A DNA stretch of 64,000 bases from an uncultured bacterium (GCA_963827235.1 CAWHAE010000009.1:544001-608000); one strand, 5' to 3'; counted from the stretch's first letter, positions 47,182 to 59,313 are shown. Program-made: numbers and translations. The notes: a model not told the origin generated them from the letters alone.

Positions 47182-49719
47182 TTGGTGTTCCACTCCCGGC
47201 CTCCGGATTCCCGTGTCTCGCGCTTATGGCCGACCAGGTTCCCAGGCCGTACCTGGTGGCCGCCTCTGCTGTTGCTCCTGCTCCCCATCCTCCTGTTTCG
47301 CCAGGGGTTGGGGACGGGCACGCCGCCGTTCGGCGGCGACGTGCTGGTGCTCAACTATCCCCTGCTGGCACTGGTCAAGCGGCAGCTGCTGCACGGCCTG
47401 CTGCCGCTCTGGAACACGTGGGCGGGTGGAGGCTACCCGCTGGTGCCGTTCAGCGGCCTGATCGCCTATCCGCTCATCTGGCCGCTCGCCTTCCTGGACG
47501 TGCGCGACGCCATCACGGTGATGGACATGGCACACATGGCGATCGCCGGCATCGGCGTCTATCTGCTGTGCGGCATCACGGAGGCGGGACGGGTGGGCCG
47601 CGCGATCGGCGCCCTGGCCTTCGCCCTCTCCGGCTTCATGATCGCGCACGTGTATGCCGGCCATCTGCTGGAAATGGGCGTGATCGCCTGGATGCCCTGG
47701 GTGTTCTTTACCGCCCATCGCCTGATCGATCGGCCCGCCTGGCCCCGTGCGCTGGCACTCGGCGCGGCGCTCGGCATGCAGGTGCTGGCCAACGGCCTCG
47801 GCTTCCTTGTGTTCACCGCCTACCCGGTCGGCATCCTGCTGGCGATCGGCGCCGGAACGGCGATCCGCCGCCGGGGCCGGGCGGCCTCGCGCCTGGTCGC
47901 GCTCATCGCCCTGAGCGGCCTGGTCGGCGCCGGATTGTCGGGCGTGGTACTGCTGCCGTTCGCGCAGTCGCTGGGTTGGAGCGTGCGATCGGGCGGACTC
48001 GACTTCGCCGGCGCCACGCAGATCTCGCTGCCGCCCGCGGCCCTGCTGATGCTCTTCTCGCCCGACGCCGTGGGTACCGGCCCCGACAATACCTACTGGC
48101 TCAACCAGTTCAGCCAGGGCTACTGGCACGAGTTCGCCCTGTACGTGGGGCTGTTGCCGCTGCTGGCGGCGATTGCCGCCGCCGTCTACTGCCGGTCTCG
48201 CCCGCACGTATCCTTCTACGCCTGGCTGACACTGGCCGGCCTGGTGCTCGCCTTCGGCAGCTACACGCCCGCCTACGGGTTCGTCTTTCACCTGCCCTTC
48301 GTCAGCCTGGTGCGCGTGCCCGCCCGCTGGCTGCTGCTGTGCATGCTCGGCCTCTCCGTGCTTGCCGCTCCGGGCGTGGATTGGCTGCTGCAGCAGCGCC
48401 GGGGAGCGCGCGCGTTGTTGCAGGCGCTGCGCCGGCCGCTGGCCGGGTGCGCGGCGCTGATCGCCGTCCTGGTGGCCGGCGTGCAGGTGGAATACATGCG
48501 GGCGGGAAACATCGACCTGCAGCCGCAGTTCTTCGCCACCCTGTTTCCCGCGGCCGGCCGGCTGCTCCTGTTCGCCGGCATCCTGGCCCTCATACTGGCT
48601 TGTAACGCGGATCGCCTGATCCGGCCCTCCGCCACCGCCGGGCTGCTGCTGGCCTTCACCGTTCTCGACCTCTGGACGGCGGAGAGCGGATCGATCCTGT
48701 TCGTCGATCCGTCGCACGTTCTACCAGCCCACGGCGATAAGCGCCCTGGTGCACGAGGACCCGTCGAGCTACCGGGTGCTCACGCTGCCGGCCGGAGCCG
48801 TTCCCCGCACCATGCCGTATCGCCAGGGCATGGTGAGCGGCGATATCTACGACGCCGAGGACTTCGCGCCCATCACCATGAGCGGCTACTGGACCGTCAC
48901 CCATCCCAAGAATCCGGCCCATCCAATCTCGAACGCCAATGCTCGTGACTTGATCACCTGCTACGATCAGCGCTTCGCCAGCCTGCTCGAGCATCACCGA
49001 GGTCGTCACCGCCTCGCCCTTCTCCAGCGATCGCCTGTGCCAGACGCCCAATGTCGGCATGCCGCGCCTCTCCCTGCGCTCGGCCGTGGTCACGGAGAGC
49101 TGGACGGAGCAAAACGGCACGAGCTGGAATCCCACCTGGTTCCAGGCCATCGCCTACGTATATCGCGAATACCGCCGCCCTGCCGCGAGCCTTCCTTATG
49201 CCGGCGGGTCGGGCCGTGGCCCAGGCGCCGGCCTCGGCGCAGCTGGCGGCGGTGGAGGCCCCTGGCTTCGACGGCGCCCGGCACCTGATCTACGATCCCG
49301 GCGTGCGGCCGGTGCCCCTGGGTCTGGACGGCCTGCAGAACGCCTGGGCCGCCGCGCTCAAGCCCGCCACACTGCCGCTTCCCGCCAATCTCCCGGCCGG
49401 CCAGGCCCGCGTGATTGCCGATGACGGCAACAGCGTGCAGGTGGCGCTGAACGCGAGCCGGGCATCGTTCCTGGTGCTCGACGACACGTACTATCCCGGC
49501 TGGCAGGTATGGATCGACGGCAGGCGCGCCGACGTCCACCAGGCGGACTACGTGTTGCGCACGGTGGCCGTGCCGGCAGGCAAGCACGTGGTAGTGTTCG
49601 TCTACGCGCCGCTCTCCTACCTGGCCGGGCTGCTCTGCACCTGCGGCACGGCGCTACTGGTCGCCGGCGCCGCCCTCTTCCTGCTCCTGAAGCACCGCGG
49701 CGCGCCGCCTCGAGCTTGA
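47182..49719 (+). CDS. YfhO-like polytopic membrane protein (putative GT-C glycosyltransferase), split by three +1 frameshifts
   Basis: PLWN..GGGYP, multi-TM region, YVG..P, RVPARW; continues through ORFs 48749, 49059 and 49051 to LPRAF..LVLDDTYYPGW..VPAGKH.V.F.Y; shifts near 48715, 48990 and 49167. Confidence 0.78.
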
Positions 49720-50757
49720 CGACTTCCTGCCGCGGACGGCCCCCGGCTTCGCTGCCTCCTCGTTCTCAGACTCGACGTCCTGCATGCCCGCGGGCAGCGC
49801 CGTCTCCTGAAGATCGCGCGCTTCTTCCACGGCGCCCAGGCAGAGCAAGGCCGCCGCCCGCATGCGCAGAGCTTCCTGCTCGGGCTTACCTTCCGGCGTC
49901 TCCAGGATGGCCGGGATGCCGGCCAGGCCCGGGTGGGTCAGCCAGGCGCCCAGTCCGGCGTAGCCGATGTTGCCCTGACCGAGGTGCGTGTGCTGATCGC
50001 GGTGGCTTTCCAGGGCCATCGGCGAGTCGTTCACGTGCAGGACTCGTACCAGCGAGATACCCACGGTGCGATCTATCGCCTCTACGGCGCGCTCGACTCC
50101 CTCGGCCGTGCTGATGTCGTGGCCGGCGCCCCACAGATGCGCGGTATCGATGCAGACTGCGATCCGCGGATGGGCAATGTCGCGCACCAGCGCGGCCAGG
50201 GCCTGCAGGCTGCCGGCCATGGAGTTTCCCGAGCCTACATTGTTCTCCAGCAAGAGATAGGGCCCATCCGGCATGCCATCGAAGGCGCCGTGTACGGCTT
50301 CCACGATACGGGCGACGCCTGCCTCGTGCCCCGATCCCTTGTGGCTGCCGAGATGCACGATCACGTGCGGCGAGCCAAGCTCGATGGCGCGAGAGAGGGA
50401 GTTGCGCACGGCCTGGCGCGAGCTGGCATAGATCGGCTCTTCCGGCGAGGCGAGATTGATCAGGTAGGGCGCGTGGATGGCCAGCGGCCGCACGCCGGCA
50501 TCGGCCCAGGCGGCGCGCATGGCCGAGGCCCGGTCCACCGGCAGCGGCACGTGCCGCCAGCCCTTGGGATTGCCGGGAAAGATCTGTGCCGCGGTGCAGC
50601 CGAGCCTCACGGCCAGGGCGATGGTCTGCTCCATGCCCGGTCCCGTGCCCAGGTGCCGGCCGAGCGGCCTCGACAGCGGGGGAAGCGGTGCTGCTTCGAC
50701 CGGGTTGCCGGGATCAAGGCTCGGGCCGGGTATGGCCTGCTGCGGATCGGTCTCCAT
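49654..50757 (-). CDS. nfo: Endonuclease IV
   Basis: QIF..NP.GW, HAPYLINLAS, HLGS, LLEN, CIDTAH, HVNDS..DQH, ILETP. Confidence 0.93.
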   Translation of the reverse strand: METDPQQAIPGPSLDPGNPVEAAPLPPLSRPLGRHLGTGPGMEQTIALAVRLGCTAAQIFPGNPKGWRHVPLPVDRASAMRAAWADAGVRPLAIHAPYLINLASPEEPIYASSRQAVRNSLSRAIELGSPHVIVHLGSHKGSGHEAGVARIVEAVHGAFDGMPDGPYLLLENNVGSGNSMAGSLQALAALVRDIAHPRIAVCIDTAHLWGAGHDISTAEGVERAVEAIDRTVGISLVRVLHVNDSPMALESHRDQHTHLGQGNIGYAGLGAWLTHPGLAGIPAILETPEGKPEQEALRMRAAALLCLGAVEEARDLQETALPAGMQDVESENEEAAKPGAVRGRKSSSSRRRAAVLQEQEEGGAGDQ

Positions 50758-50799
50758 GTGGCTCCCTCCGACACAGATGCCCCCTTTCGATGGGAGGCA

Positions 50800-51312
50800 C
50801 TACGGACTGATAAGCTGTCTGATCGTGGCCATCGGCAGGAAGAGCCGATGCGGGTTATCGGCGAACGAGGTGAGTCCGAATTGCTCGTACCAGCCTTGCG
50901 CCCAATCATGCTTCGCCTCGACGACCACCGCTATCGCAGCAACCTCCTCGGTAGCCCGAAGGCTGCGTTCGAGCGAGTTCATCAGCAGGCGCCTGCCAAG
51001 CCCGCGGCCGGCGAAGCGGGTGTCTACCGCGAGCCGACCGATGAGCACGGCCGGCAGGCGGTTGTAGTGCGGTAGCCTGCGCGTGAATGACTCGGGCAGC
51101 TCGGCAGGCACGAGAGCATACATGCTCAACGTGTAGAAGCCGGCAACCGTATCGGCATTCGCCTCGGAGAGGACAAACACGGCCGCCACCCTGCGCCGCT
51201 GTTCCTGGGCTGCCTGCTGCCGCAGATACTGGTCGAGAGCCGGCTCGCCGCAGGAGAAGCCCGCCCGATTGTGCCGGGTCGCCAGCGCCTCGACGGTGAA
51301 TGACTCAGCCAC
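50800..51312 (-). CDS. GNAT toxin (TacT/AtaT-like), second module
   Basis: HNRAGFSCGE..LDQYL, GFYTL, IGRLAVD..GRGLG, VEAK. Confidence 0.9.
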   Translation of the reverse strand: MAESFTVEALATRHNRAGFSCGEPALDQYLRQQAAQEQRRRVAAVFVLSEANADTVAGFYTLSMYALVPAELPESFTRRLPHYNRLPAVLIGRLAVDTRFAGRGLGRRLLMNSLERSLRATEEVAAIAVVVEAKHDWAQGWYEQFGLTSFADNPHRLFLPMATIRQLISP

Positions 51313-51318
51313 GTACGG

Positions 51319-51627
51319 CTAGCCGCCCAGCGTCTCCCGGTAGCCCTGCCACGCCGCACGCAGTTGCGCGTTTGGGGCAGGTGGATTGAGCAGTGCCTCG
51401 ATAAGCTGCACGCTCTCGCTTGCCGTAAGCATGATGACCTCGCGCTCCTGGATCGCTTGCTCCGCCGCGGGCTGCACATGTGCCAGCACGTACTCGGAGA
51501 CGGAGCGGCCCTCCAGCGCTGCCGCGCGTTCGATCAGCTTCTTCTGGCCCATGGTGGCCCGGATGTCCAGGCGCGCCCGCTTCTGCTCGCCCGGGCTACC
51601 GCCTCGTAGACCCTGTGTTTGAGCCAT
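51319..51627 (-). CDS. DUF1778 antitoxin, second module
   Basis: KRARLDIR..KKLIERAAAL..SVSEYV..LLNPPAPN. Confidence 0.9.
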   Translation of the reverse strand: MAQTQGLRGGSPGEQKRARLDIRATMGQKKLIERAAALEGRSVSEYVLAHVQPAAEQAIQEREVIMLTASESVQLIEALLNPPAPNAQLRAAWQGYRETLGG

Positions 51628-51651
51628 GCACTGTTCTCCTCACTTCCGAAG

Positions 51652-51672
51652 TGTACACCTGTTTGGTGTACA
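51652..51672. promoter_or_regulatory. Putative TA operator palindrome
   Basis: TGTACACC-TGTTT-GGTGTACA about 25 nt upstream of the antitoxin start. Confidence 0.65.
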
Positions 51673-51736
51673 TTCCAACGGTCCCGGCAGCCCTCTGCGG
51701 CCTGAGTCAATATCAAGCGTCCGAGGGCGCGGAAAA

Positions 51737-52342
51737 TCAGCCGGGAAGCGAGGCGGGCACGCTGGTCCGATCGTAGATCTCGTCCACGCCGAGATGGGCG
51801 CCGATGCTGGCGAACTCGACTTCCTCGGCCGATCCATAGGTGCGAAACAGGACCCAGTCGGCCGGGGTACGCCGGTGAACCTCGACCGCCCGTTCACGCA
51901 TATTGACGAGCACATATTCCTGCATCGTGGGGCAATCGCGATAGTAGCCGAACTTCGCGCCCCGATCGCGGCCTTCCGTGCTCTCTGACAGGATTTCCAT
52001 GGCCAGCCGCGGCGACGAGATCTCCGTCTCCTCGTAAATCGGTGCGTCGCACTCCTCGCAGGTGACCACGACGTCGGGGTAGACGAACCGGCTTGCCGAG
52101 AGGCGTGACGCTATATCGGAGTTGTAGACGGTGCAAGGGCCTCCTCGAAGCATGGCTCGAAGCGCGCTGGCCACGTTCAGGGCGATGGTGGCGTGAGCAC
52201 GACTGCCACCGGCCATCAGGTAGAGCTGCCCGTCGATATACTCGTGCTTGGCGTCACTCGCCCGCTCGAGCGCCCGCCATTCTTCGACGGTGACGTAGTG
52301 TGATGTGCGTTGTGCTACCACGGAAGTCTCCTTGCCCCTCAT
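51737..52342 (-). CDS. Uma2 family endonuclease-like protein
   Basis: KHEYIDG..MAGGS..H, YPDVVV.C, EILSEST..D...K...Y, EYVLV; start uncertain. Confidence 0.9.
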   Translation of the reverse strand: MRGKETSVVAQRTSHYVTVEEWRALERASDAKHEYIDGQLYLMAGGSRAHATIALNVASALRAMLRGGPCTVYNSDIASRLSASRFVYPDVVVTCEECDAPIYEETEISSPRLAMEILSESTEGRDRGAKFGYYRDCPTMQEYVLVNMRERAVEVHRRTPADWVLFRTYGSAEEVEFASIGAHLGVDEIYDRTSVPASLPG

Positions 52343-52543
52343 AGTACGTCATTGCGAGGCGGCGGGGCCGCACGGATACGGCCAACCAAGAAATGTGGCC
52401 CGATTACTCTGCCTGCAAGACATCCGCCGCTCTGCTCGACGCTGCCCAAGGCGGCGTACCAGGCACTTTCCCGGCAGGTGGTGCACGGTCCAGGGCCGAG
52501 GAATCTGCCCCTACAGCGGCATCATCGAAAACGACAAGGGGGG

Positions 52544-53110
52544 CTAGCGGGCGGCATAGAGACGGGCGCGGACGCGCTGGTAGAGCAGCTCGTCGACCAG
52601 AATCCAGCCCCAGGACGGCTTGACCTGCGGCCGCTTGAGCGGTGTGACTACCAGCAAGGCAGGCGACAGGCGGCTCAGGGCGTAGCAGAGGGACGGGAGG
52701 CGCGACTCCTCCAGCAGGTGGAGAGCAAAGCTGCAGACGATCAGGCTGAACTGCTGCCCGGCCAGGCTGCCCCAGGCGATGTTCTCGAAGCTCAGCGACA
52801 GAGCGGGCGTGCCCGTGCGCGCCAGGTACGCGTCGCCGGTAAAGGGGTCCACACCTTCCACGGCGGCGCCGAGCTCGCGCAGGGCCATCGTCACCTCGCC
52901 GCTGCCGCAGGCAAGGTCGAGCACGCGGCTGAGATCGAGCGGCCAGGCGGCCGCTGCCTGGGCCAGGATCGCCTGCACGATGTGCTCGTGCGGGTTCCGG
53001 TAGTCGCCGCCGTGCCGCCGGTAGAACTCTTCCGGCCCCTCGCGCACGTAGGCCGCGCGGATGGCGGCCTCGCCCCTGGCGGTGCCCCGGCCGGTCAGGT
53101 CTCGCGGCAT
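52544..53110 (-). CDS. Class I SAM-dependent methyltransferase
   Basis: VLDLACGSGE, GVDP, CSFALHL. Confidence 0.82.
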   Translation of the reverse strand: MPRDLTGRGTARGEAAIRAAYVREGPEEFYRRHGGDYRNPHEHIVQAILAQAAAAWPLDLSRVLDLACGSGEVTMALRELGAAVEGVDPFTGDAYLARTGTPALSLSFENIAWGSLAGQQFSLIVCSFALHLLEESRLPSLCYALSRLSPALLVVTPLKRPQVKPSWGWILVDELLYQRVRARLYAAR

Positions 53111-53186
53111 GAGCGGCGGACGACGTGTGGTTCCGGAGGCTGGATGGCGTTCATGCCCTCTATGGTACGGCTTGCGGCGGGAACTC

Positions 53187-53678
53187 TCAGTCAGGGACGC
53201 CGATTGCCTGCTGTATCTCCTGGTGCTGATGCCTGGCAGCCAGGTGCGTCAGCGTCCAAGTCAGGCGCGCGTTGACCACGTAGTTCCAGATCGTGCCGGC
53301 ACCGATCGCGATCAGGTTGGCGATCAGGTAGTGGATGCCGAGGCCGAGCGTCAACACCGCCAGCATGCCCAGCGAGATGAGCGCGCCGCCGCCGGCAATG
53401 AGGTTGTAGCGAAACATGCGCGCTACCCATCCGTGCGGCGATGTCACGTCGCGAAACGTCCAGCGATCGTTGAGGGCGAAATTGCTCAGGATCGCCGTCT
53501 CGGTGGCGATCACGGCGGCTGCCATGTGATTCCATCCCCCATGCGCCACCAGCAGATAGAGGATAACCATGTTCACCACGGCACCGATGCCGCCGACCAC
53601 GCCGAAACGCAGGAAGCGATGCGCGTGCGCGAGCAGCGTGGGGGGGAGGATTGCCGTGACAGCTTTCCGCCCGATCAT
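53187..53678 (-). CDS. GtrA family membrane protein (putative lipid-linked sugar flippase)
   Basis: FLRFGVVG, NFALNDRWTF, WNYVVN; four TM helices. Confidence 0.85.
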   Translation of the reverse strand: MIGRKAVTAILPPTLLAHAHRFLRFGVVGGIGAVVNMVILYLLVAHGGWNHMAAAVIATETAILSNFALNDRWTFRDVTSPHGWVARMFRYNLIAGGGALISLGMLAVLTLGLGIHYLIANLIAIGAGTIWNYVVNARLTWTLTHLAARHQHQEIQQAIGVPD

Positions 53679-54039
53679 ACCGGCAACCCTTGATCCTGCG
53701 CGGCGGAACCGTCCCATCGACGGCACGAAGGTTTGGCACTCTCGTGTGAAGACACGATCTCTCCTTTTGGTCAGACAGATACGCAATCCGCAAACGCGAC
53801 GGCGGCCACGCCTCGACCGAGAGGCACGGACGCGTTGCGTCAACCGGCCCACGGGGGACAAGATGACCTGGGCAGGGCGCTGATCCCTGGCAGCGGGGCC
53901 TGGCTGCCGGCACCCTTGCCGCACGCAGGTAAACGTAACGCGTACGCGGAGCGCGCGCAAACTCAGCCAGAGCTTGACTTCCCGCGTTCCGCCCAGGATG
54001 TCGACGAATAGCTACCATAGTGCTGGGAGATTCACCACT

Positions 54040-54597
54040 ATGCTGACCGATCTGGTGGTGCACGGCGCTACCTTGCGCCTGCTGCACGGCAACATCGTGG
54101 ACGTCCAGGCGGATGCCATCGTCAACGCCGCCAACAGCGGCCTGGCCGGCGGCGGCGGCGTTGACGGCGCCATCCATCGTGCCGGCGGCCCATCGATCAT
54201 GGCCGAATGCCGCCGCATCGGACGCTGTCCCCCGGGAAGCGCCGTGATCACCGGCGCCGGCGTGCTGCACGCGCGCCACGTGATCCACGCCGTGGCGCCG
54301 TTCTACGATGGCGGCAGGAGCGGCGAGGCAGCGCTGCTCCGCGGTGCCTACGCGGCGAGCCTGACCCTGGCCGCCGAACACGGGCTGCAGAGCATCGCCT
54401 TTCCCGCCCTCGGCACCGGGGCCTACCGCTATCCCATGCGCGAGGCGGCAGGCATTGCCCTGGAGACTATTGCCGGGCACCTGCGGGGCGAGACGTCGCT
54501 CCGCGCGGTCACCATCGTGCTGTTCGCCTTGCCGGACCTCACCATTCACGCCGAGGCGCTGGAACGGCTGGCCCAATCCCTGAGCAACGCCGGGTAG
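54040..54597 (+). CDS. Macrodomain protein (O-acetyl-ADP-ribose deacetylase, YmdB-like)
   Basis: DAIVNAANSGLAGGGGVDGAIH, VIHAVAP, SIAFPALGTGAY. Confidence 0.93.
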   Translation: MLTDLVVHGATLRLLHGNIVDVQADAIVNAANSGLAGGGGVDGAIHRAGGPSIMAECRRIGRCPPGSAVITGAGVLHARHVIHAVAPFYDGGRSGEAALLRGAYAASLTLAAEHGLQSIAFPALGTGAYRYPMREAAGIALETIAGHLRGETSLRAVTIVLFALPDLTIHAEALERLAQSLSNAG

Positions 54598-55781
54598 ACC
54601 GGCTCGCTGCAGATTCGCTCCAGTACGGCGAAGCGATCGTCGCCCCGCAGCAGCGGCTCCACGAGCATGCGCCCATAGGTGTAGGTGAAGGTATAGGTGC
54701 GCCAGAGCGGCGAGCCGATGAATTCCAGGGCCTTGCTCGCCTCCCTCGGCGAAAGCAGGGCCCAGCGCTGCAGGTAGGCCGACACCTCATCCACGCTCCG
54801 TCCCTGCTCGTGCAGCAGGATGGCGGCATTGCCGCGCACGCTGCGCGCGTGCCACATGGCCCGCTTGACGGCCAGGGCCTGCTCGATATCCATGTCGATG
54901 TCCAGCCCGGGCAGCAAGTGCTCGGCGGTCCAGGCCAGCTCCGCGTCGTGCGGAAAGACCGTCGCGCAGGCAGCAGTCGCGATGCCCTCGGAGATCACGC
55001 ACTCGGGAGTGTTGATCAGCTGCACCGCGTACTCGGCGTGCCCATCGCGCAGGTACTGCCGCGTCTCGCGCAGGGCATGCTCGGTGTGGTGGCCCGGATA
55101 TCCTTCGTGTGCCATGAGGTCGGCGAGGGTGTGTACGTGCACGGGAAGATCGGTATTGAGCTCGACGCGGGACCGCGCGTTGCCGAGGTACCAGTTGTAG
55201 CCGCTCCAGGGCTGGTTCCGTACCAGCGTCACCTCGATGCTCTCACCGGCGGGCAACGCGACGTGCTCGGCCGTGCGCGCTCTCAGATGCGCGGCGACAC
55301 GGGTCAACAGATCCGGCAACTTCTCCGGCGCAACCTCCAGCCGGCGGCGGTACTCGGCCAGGCGCTCGGGGAGCGGATCGCCGCCGGGAAGCGCGCGCTC
55401 GAGGGCCTCGTGTGCGCGCGCGAATTGCTCCTCCGGCACCATCTCGACCTGGAGGTCGAAAAGCAGGCGCGCCTGTTCCCGCAGGCTCATAGTCGCTCCC
55501 TGCAACAGCCTCGTGCTTGCTTGCAGAGCCACGACCTGGCGGCTCAGATAGTCCTGGCGGTGCTGTGCGTACCCCATGGCGGGCAACCGGTCCAGCAGCT
55601 CCGCGGCCGCCCGCTCGAGATCGGCCGCGCTCGGCTCCGGCTCGCGCAGCACGGCGTCACGCCAGTCCTCGGGCCCGGTCCAGGCGTCGACCGTGCCGGG
55701 AGCCAGGCGGTCGAGCCGCAAGGAGAGGCGCGCGTATTCCCCTGTCCACTCGTCGAACAATCCGCCGCGGTCTTCGGCCAT
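54546..55781 (-). CDS. DUF885-like putative zinc metallopeptidase
   Basis: AHEGYPGHH and ISEG motifs, YTFTY. Confidence 0.72.
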   Translation of the reverse strand: MAEDRGGLFDEWTGEYARLSLRLDRLAPGTVDAWTGPEDWRDAVLREPEPSAADLERAAAELLDRLPAMGYAQHRQDYLSRQVVALQASTRLLQGATMSLREQARLLFDLQVEMVPEEQFARAHEALERALPGGDPLPERLAEYRRRLEVAPEKLPDLLTRVAAHLRARTAEHVALPAGESIEVTLVRNQPWSGYNWYLGNARSRVELNTDLPVHVHTLADLMAHEGYPGHHTEHALRETRQYLRDGHAEYAVQLINTPECVISEGIATAACATVFPHDAELAWTAEHLLPGLDIDMDIEQALAVKRAMWHARSVRGNAAILLHEQGRSVDEVSAYLQRWALLSPREASKALEFIGSPLWRTYTFTYTYGRMLVEPLLRGDDRFAVLERICSEPVYPALLRDWASRSSASA

Positions 55782-56028
55782 CGATCACACCTGCTCTCGC
55801 TGCGCGTGAGGCACTGCCAACATCTCTCTGGCGTCAATGTTACCAGTCCCCGGCCGTATAGCCGGATATAGCCTCCCATCAAGAGAAGGCCCTATACTCA
55901 AACAGGCAATTTCCTCAAACCTGTGACTGGCCGGATCCCGACACCGCGGTGCCCCGCCGGCTGCCATGCACTCGCACTCGCAGGTCGACATTCATTTCCG
56001 CGTGAAGCGGGGCAAAGGTTCATCATCG

Positions 56029-57969
<1,941 letters not shown>

Positions 57970-57990
57970 CCGGCCGCGGCGCGGCAGGGC

Positions 57991-58042
57991 GATTATACAC
58001 TGCCGCATTACGCATCTGTGCGTAATGCGGCAGTGTATAATC
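57991..58042. repeat. Inverted repeat with perfect 24-bp arms and a TATAAT on each strand
   Basis: GATTATACACTGCCGCATTACGCA-TCTG-TGCGTAATGCGGCAGTGTATAATC. Confidence 0.95.
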
Positions 58043-58060
58043 AGGGGCGGAGGTGCGGAG

Positions 58061-59209
58061 ATGGCCGGAAATCCCTTCCGCTATGGCGACGTTGCGACCG
58101 GCGACTACTTCACGAACCGGCACCGCGAGCTCGACGAGGTGATCGCCGACATCACCTCGGGCCAGAACATCGTGATCATCTCCCCTCGCCGCTATGGCAA
58201 GACCTCGCTCATGTTCGAGGCCATCCGGCGATTGCGCGGGCAGAAGGTGCTGGTAGCCTACCTCGACCTGTTTCGCGCTCCCACCAAGGAACGGTTTGCC
58301 GATCTGCTGGCCTCCGCCGTCTTCAGCGGCCTGATCAACCCCGTCGAGCGCGTGTTGAAGGATGCAATCGGCTTCTTCCAGCGGCTGCCAATCCAGCCGA
58401 AAGTGAGCATAGATCCCACCGGCATGCCGGCGTTTGAGTTCTCCGCCGGACAGCGCTCACGCGATATCGACCAGGCAATCGAGGCGCTTCTGGCACTGCC
58501 GGGCCGCCTCGCCGCGGAACGGCACCGCGCGGTAGCCGTCGTCTTCGACGAGTTTCAGGAAATTCTCTCTATCGATCCGCGCCTGCCGGGCGTCATGCGC
58601 GCCGTCTTCCAGACCCAGGGGGACGTCGCGCACGTCTTCCTCGGCAGCAAGCGCCATCTGATGCAGGACGTGTTTGCCGGCCAGCATCAGCCACTCTACA
58701 AGATGGCCAAGCCCATCAGCCTCAGGCCCATCGAGCCCGACGCCTTCGCGTCGTTCATCCGCGCGCGCTTCTCAGAAACGCTCGTGCCGATCGACGAGGC
58801 GGCGATCCGGCGCGTGCTGGCGATAACCGGCGGGCACCCACACGACACGCAGGAGCTCTGCTACTTCCTGTGGTCGCTGGCTCAAGGCGGTCACCCGTCT
58901 TCTGCCGTGAGAGAGGAGGTCGTCGACGCGGCGCTTGCCCAGGTTCTCGACGCGGAGAGCGCGCACTACACGACGGTGTGGGAGGCGCTTTCCGCGCACC
59001 AGCGCCTGGTCCTGCTCGCTCTCGCCGCCGAATCCGGCCCGGCTTTCAGCGAGAGCTACCGTCGCCGGCATCGATTGGGCGCGGCCTCGTCGATGCAGCG
59101 ATCGCTGGCGCGTCTTGTGGAGCGCGAACTGATCGATCGGTCGGCGTCGGGGGAATACGTGGTGGCCGATGTGTTCTTTCGCGAGTGGATCAGGGCTCGG
59201 GCGGGCTGA
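58061..59209 (+). CDS. P-loop ATPase (archaeal-ATPase/ATPase_2-like) with probable C-terminal winged helix
   Basis: NPF.YG..F.NR..E, SPRRYGKTSL, VFDEFQ, FLGS, TGGHP; C-terminal HTH-like segment and FFREW. Confidence 0.85.
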   Translation: MAGNPFRYGDVATGDYFTNRHRELDEVIADITSGQNIVIISPRRYGKTSLMFEAIRRLRGQKVLVAYLDLFRAPTKERFADLLASAVFSGLINPVERVLKDAIGFFQRLPIQPKVSIDPTGMPAFEFSAGQRSRDIDQAIEALLALPGRLAAERHRAVAVVFDEFQEILSIDPRLPGVMRAVFQTQGDVAHVFLGSKRHLMQDVFAGQHQPLYKMAKPISLRPIEPDAFASFIRARFSETLVPIDEAAIRRVLAITGGHPHDTQELCYFLWSLAQGGHPSSAVREEVVDAALAQVLDAESAHYTTVWEALSAHQRLVLLALAAESGPAFSESYRRRHRLGAASSMQRSLARLVERELIDRSASGEYVVADVFFREWIRARAG

Positions 59210-59313
59210 GCACAGTCGGGCCCGAGTCTCCTCTCCACGGCTGTATGCTGATACGCATAGGAGGTCTCGACGATGGCCATTGCCGCCTATTTTTATCCGA
59301 TGGAAGCGTAGCC

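Noticed and set aside
49654-49719. Convergent 3' overlaps (nfo with the YfhO-like gene; also macrodomain with DUF885 at 54546-54597)
   Set aside because: Short tail overlaps are common in high-GC genomes and may reflect stop-codon scarcity or sequence error
57991-58042. Palindrome as a protelomerase (hairpin telomere) target
   Set aside because: It has a non-palindromic 4-nt centre and no protelomerase gene is nearby
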